A stretch of DNA of 64,000 nucleotides from assembly GCF_035084215.1 (NCBI RefSeq), contig NW_027138407.1, positions 992,001 to 1,056,000 of the forward strand, given 5' to 3'. How positions within the stretch are numbered: position 1 is the first letter of the stretch; each line of letters starts with the position of its first letter. Positions 60,743 to 64,000 of the stretch are shown here, piece after piece. The position numbers and the translations under genes are program-made. Below the pieces are notes generated by a model. It was not told the DNA's origin and did no database searches. It saw only the letters and a program-made list of their open reading frames with translations. Source of the DNA: Heptranchias perlo (lineage: Eukaryota).

Positions 60743-62499
60743 GTAAGAAATATGTGTTGAATTAGTGGCTGTGCTATATTTGTGCCTTTATCTTACATCT
60801 CGTTTTATTGTGATAATGAATTATTTCAGTGTTTCTATGGAGAGGAAGGATTCTCTCTGAGTTTGAGTGCAGTGTTAATCCTGCTTGATCAATTGATAGT
60901 TTATGTTCCATAGCTGAAGTTACCCTGTGATTTAACCTCTTATTCGTGCTTATTCTTGATTTTTTTTTACTGAGATTGCTTAGGTGGGTTACTTTGGTAG
61001 TAAATTGTGTGGAATTTACTAACAGTTCATTCTTGGTTACATTTAGATGTAGATAGTGTTGGACAGAGCTTGTAACTAGTTCTGACTATTATAGATCAGT
61101 GCTTGTCTGCGAGAGCATCGAATGTTGTGTGTAGAGTTAGGGGAAGTGAATCTTATTGTGTTCGGGACATATTTAAACTCTATAAGATGCGGGCTGCCCC
61201 CTTGGAAACAATGATAAAAATTTAACACAGTCCACTCCCGATTGAATCCCCTCAATTATACGTTGAGAAAATTAGTTCATTTCACGTCAGTGGGCTTAAG
61301 AAGCTCAAGAGATTACAAATTGGAATTATAGAACAGGAATATTATCGGTCAGAGAAAATCTTAAAGTAATTAAACGCCTATTTTCTTTTCAGTTGAATAA
61401 CTATTAATATCTGATTATGATGTTCAGTCTGTTAATATTTAATAAACCGTATGTTGATATAATTTATGTAAAATCCAAGATTACAGCGAGAAGCAGGTTT
61501 TAGATTAAATCAACGATTATTATAATACAATATAACATCGATTAGTATCAATCATCATAGTATGTAACAGTTCACGAGGAGACCATTCCGCCCGTCGTGC
61601 ATGTGCCGGCTCTTTGAGCGAGCTATCTCATTCCCCTCATCTTTCCCCATCTAGCTGCGTAAATATTTTCCTTCAATTGTAATATAAATTGTATCTAGTA
61701 TAACTCCGTCCTCCAGGACTGCGAGATAACGGGACTGGATTCGTGTCGAATCAATATTTTAGAGAATGGAACGTGTTTTGAATTATGTCTAACATTGATT
61801 TAATAAACACATTATTCTCTCAGTCCGGTAAAGTGTCACTGCAGATTTTAATTCCGTTCTCTTTCTGTTTTACATTGATGATTGCACCGATTGTATTTAC
61901 TATCAAATTCGACTAATTCGATGAATTGCGGGTTTTTAATATAAGTGTTCCCCCGGGTTATTAAATGATTAATCTGTCTGTGAGATTGTGATTAAGTCAG
62001 TAAAATGCGTTCTTTAGATATGATTCATTTAGCAACGGTGAGACACGCCTGACTAAACATTTGCACAATTAATGAGATTGCAGGCAGAAAGGAAGGAATG
62101 GCGGAAAGCCGAAAGTATTGTGAAAATTATTATTGAATTCAACAAAACGCGGATTTTATTTCATTAATCTATCTGTAAACTGTAAGCTGCCGGTTTTCAA
62201 TTGAACAGATCTGCTGGTTAAGAGCCTACTCGACAGCTGAGGCCGTGTAACTGACAGATACCCGCGCCCAACCGTGAAATCTTATCTAGTATTTTCCAAT
62301 CAAATCTGGGATAATGAGACGGAATTTAACAAACCAGTCTGACATCGTTTACCTTTCTGCCATTTGTTCAGTTCATTAGGTTTCTGCTAATTTAATGAAT
62401 TATTATCTTGCTGCTTTACACTAATTGTAGTGGAACTTAATTTTAGTAAAGCTCAGGTGCTAATTAATTAAATTACGTGCAACAAGTGAAGTGCAGAAA

Positions 62500-62915
62500 A
62501 AAGACTTGCATTTAAACAGCGCCTTTAACGACCTCGGGACGTCACAAAGCGCTTTACAGCCAACGAAGTACTTTTTGAAGTTTTGTCACTGTTTTCATAT
62601 TGGAAACGCGGCAGCCATTTTGTACATAGCAAGCTCCCGGAAACAGCAATTTGATAAATGATCAGATAATCTGTTTTGGTGATGTTGGTTGAGGGACAAA
62701 TATTGGCCAGGACACCGGGGAGAACTCTCCCGCTCTTCTTCCAATCGTGGCCGTGAAATCTTTTACATCCATCTCAGAGGGCAGACGCGGCCTCGGTTTA
62801 ACACCTCATCCGTAGACGGCACCTCGGACAGTCCAGCACTCCCTCAGTACCGGCGCCGGAGTTTCGGCCTGGATTGTGTGCCCCAGTGTCTGGAGTGGAA
62901 ATTGAATCCACAACC
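62500..62915 (-). mobile_element. Deu-domain SINE (SacSINE1-like)
   Basis: Same family as 25640 and 27265; L2-type tail gacttgcatttaaacagcgcc on +. Confidence 0.75.
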
Positions 62916-63249
62916 TTTACTAAATAGGTTATTTCTGCAGAAGACTTGAGTTATTGACCGGAGACTAGCGGTCGACTTGAAAAGATACGTAAACCTTTTT
63001 TGTCGTTAGTGAGGGACAATGTTTACGATACGACTCCTTTGCACCTGTGAGTCTCGCTTTCTCAGAGACTTTATTCTAACCCATCTGTAGTTCTTGAGAT
63101 GTGACCCGGGCGACCGTAAACACAGAACCACACGGATACAAGGACTGGTGAACATCACGCTGCTAAACTGTGCAGGAGGATGGTGCCTCAGACCCGGGCA
63201 CCAGTCAGTCAACATTTAGTGCTCTCGGATAGCAGATTATAGACAAGAC

Positions 63250-63725
63250 ATAGGGACATCAGAACACAGGAACAGGAGGAGGCCATTCAGCTCCTGGAGC
63301 CTGTTCCGCCGTTCACTTCGATCACAGCTCATCTGCATCTTAACTCCATCTACGCGCTTTGATTCCGTCATCCTTAATACCCTGGCCCATCAATCACAGT
63401 TTTGAAATTGTCAATTAACCCCCAACATCAACAACATTTTTTTGGATGGGCGGGGGAGTTTGGGGGGGGGGGGTGAATTCCAGATTTCCACTAACCTTTG
63501 AATGAAGAAGTGCTTCCTGGCATCAACCCGAAAGTTCTAGCTCTAATTTTAAGGTTATGCCTCTTATTCTGGACTCCATCATCAGATGAAATAGTTTATC
63601 TCTAACTAACTTATCAACCCACTTTAATCATTTTAAGCAATTAGGCCAGCCCTTAATCTTCCATGTTCATGGGATTACAAGTCTAGTCTATGCAACATGT
63701 CCTCATAATTTAAACCTTTTAAACC
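63250..63725 (-). mobile_element. CR1 3' fragment
   Basis: caggaacaggaggaggccattcagc tail and RT end in reverse. Confidence 0.75.
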
Positions 63726-64000
63726 CGGTGTCATTAGCGGTCCAGGTATTTTCCTATGGGGTTCCGTGCCTGCAATATCTCCTTGGGAATTAATCTATTC
63801 CTTGGGGATTGAACTGAGACCAATCCGGGTCTAAACTCACCCATGTTAAACCCAGGCCTTTCCCGATTGACACGTTGTAGCGTGGTGACAGCAACACTTT
63901 AAACACTGAGAAACTGAGACCTGTGCGTGTTTGCAAGGGAATGGAAGGGAATTAAGTGCAGGGATAGGGAGAGGGAGGGGGACAGAAGTGGGGGGGGGGG

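Noticed and set aside
60743-64000. Ig or TCR constant exon after JH
   Set aside because: No C1-set motif found; only AT-rich intron, a SINE and a CR1. A C exon may lie beyond the window.

Overview
Eukaryotic (cartilaginous fish, most likely shark) genomic DNA from the V region of the T-cell receptor alpha/delta locus. I can read about 24 TCR alpha/delta-type V segments with leader exon, intron, V exon and ~23-bp RSS, in both orientations. Nine look intact, one is an open ORF that has lost Cys23, and about 14 are pseudogenes or fragments. At the right end (58978-60742) lies a complete, apparently intact shark IgM-type immunoglobulin heavy-chain cassette, L-VH-D1-D2-JH, with the canonical 23 / 12-22 / 12-12 / 23 RSS layout. 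It is only ~10 kb from an intact TCR V, and no C exon is visible before the window ends. Between the genes are many CR1 and L2 LINE fragments, Deu-domain (SacSINE1-like) SINEs, a near full-length single-ORF CR1-group (Zenon-like) LINE with a tRNA-like head, Penelope-type relics with minimal hammerhead motifs, a 3.8-kb 27-bp satellite and several small minisatellites in V promoters. Highlights: the IgH cassette in the TCR locus, a V whose RSS and 3' flank come from another V family exactly at the heptamer (possible germline RAG hybrid joint), CTCF-like motifs next to RSSs and promoters, and tandemly amplified transcription-factor motifs in promoters. All calls were made by eye; no searches were run.
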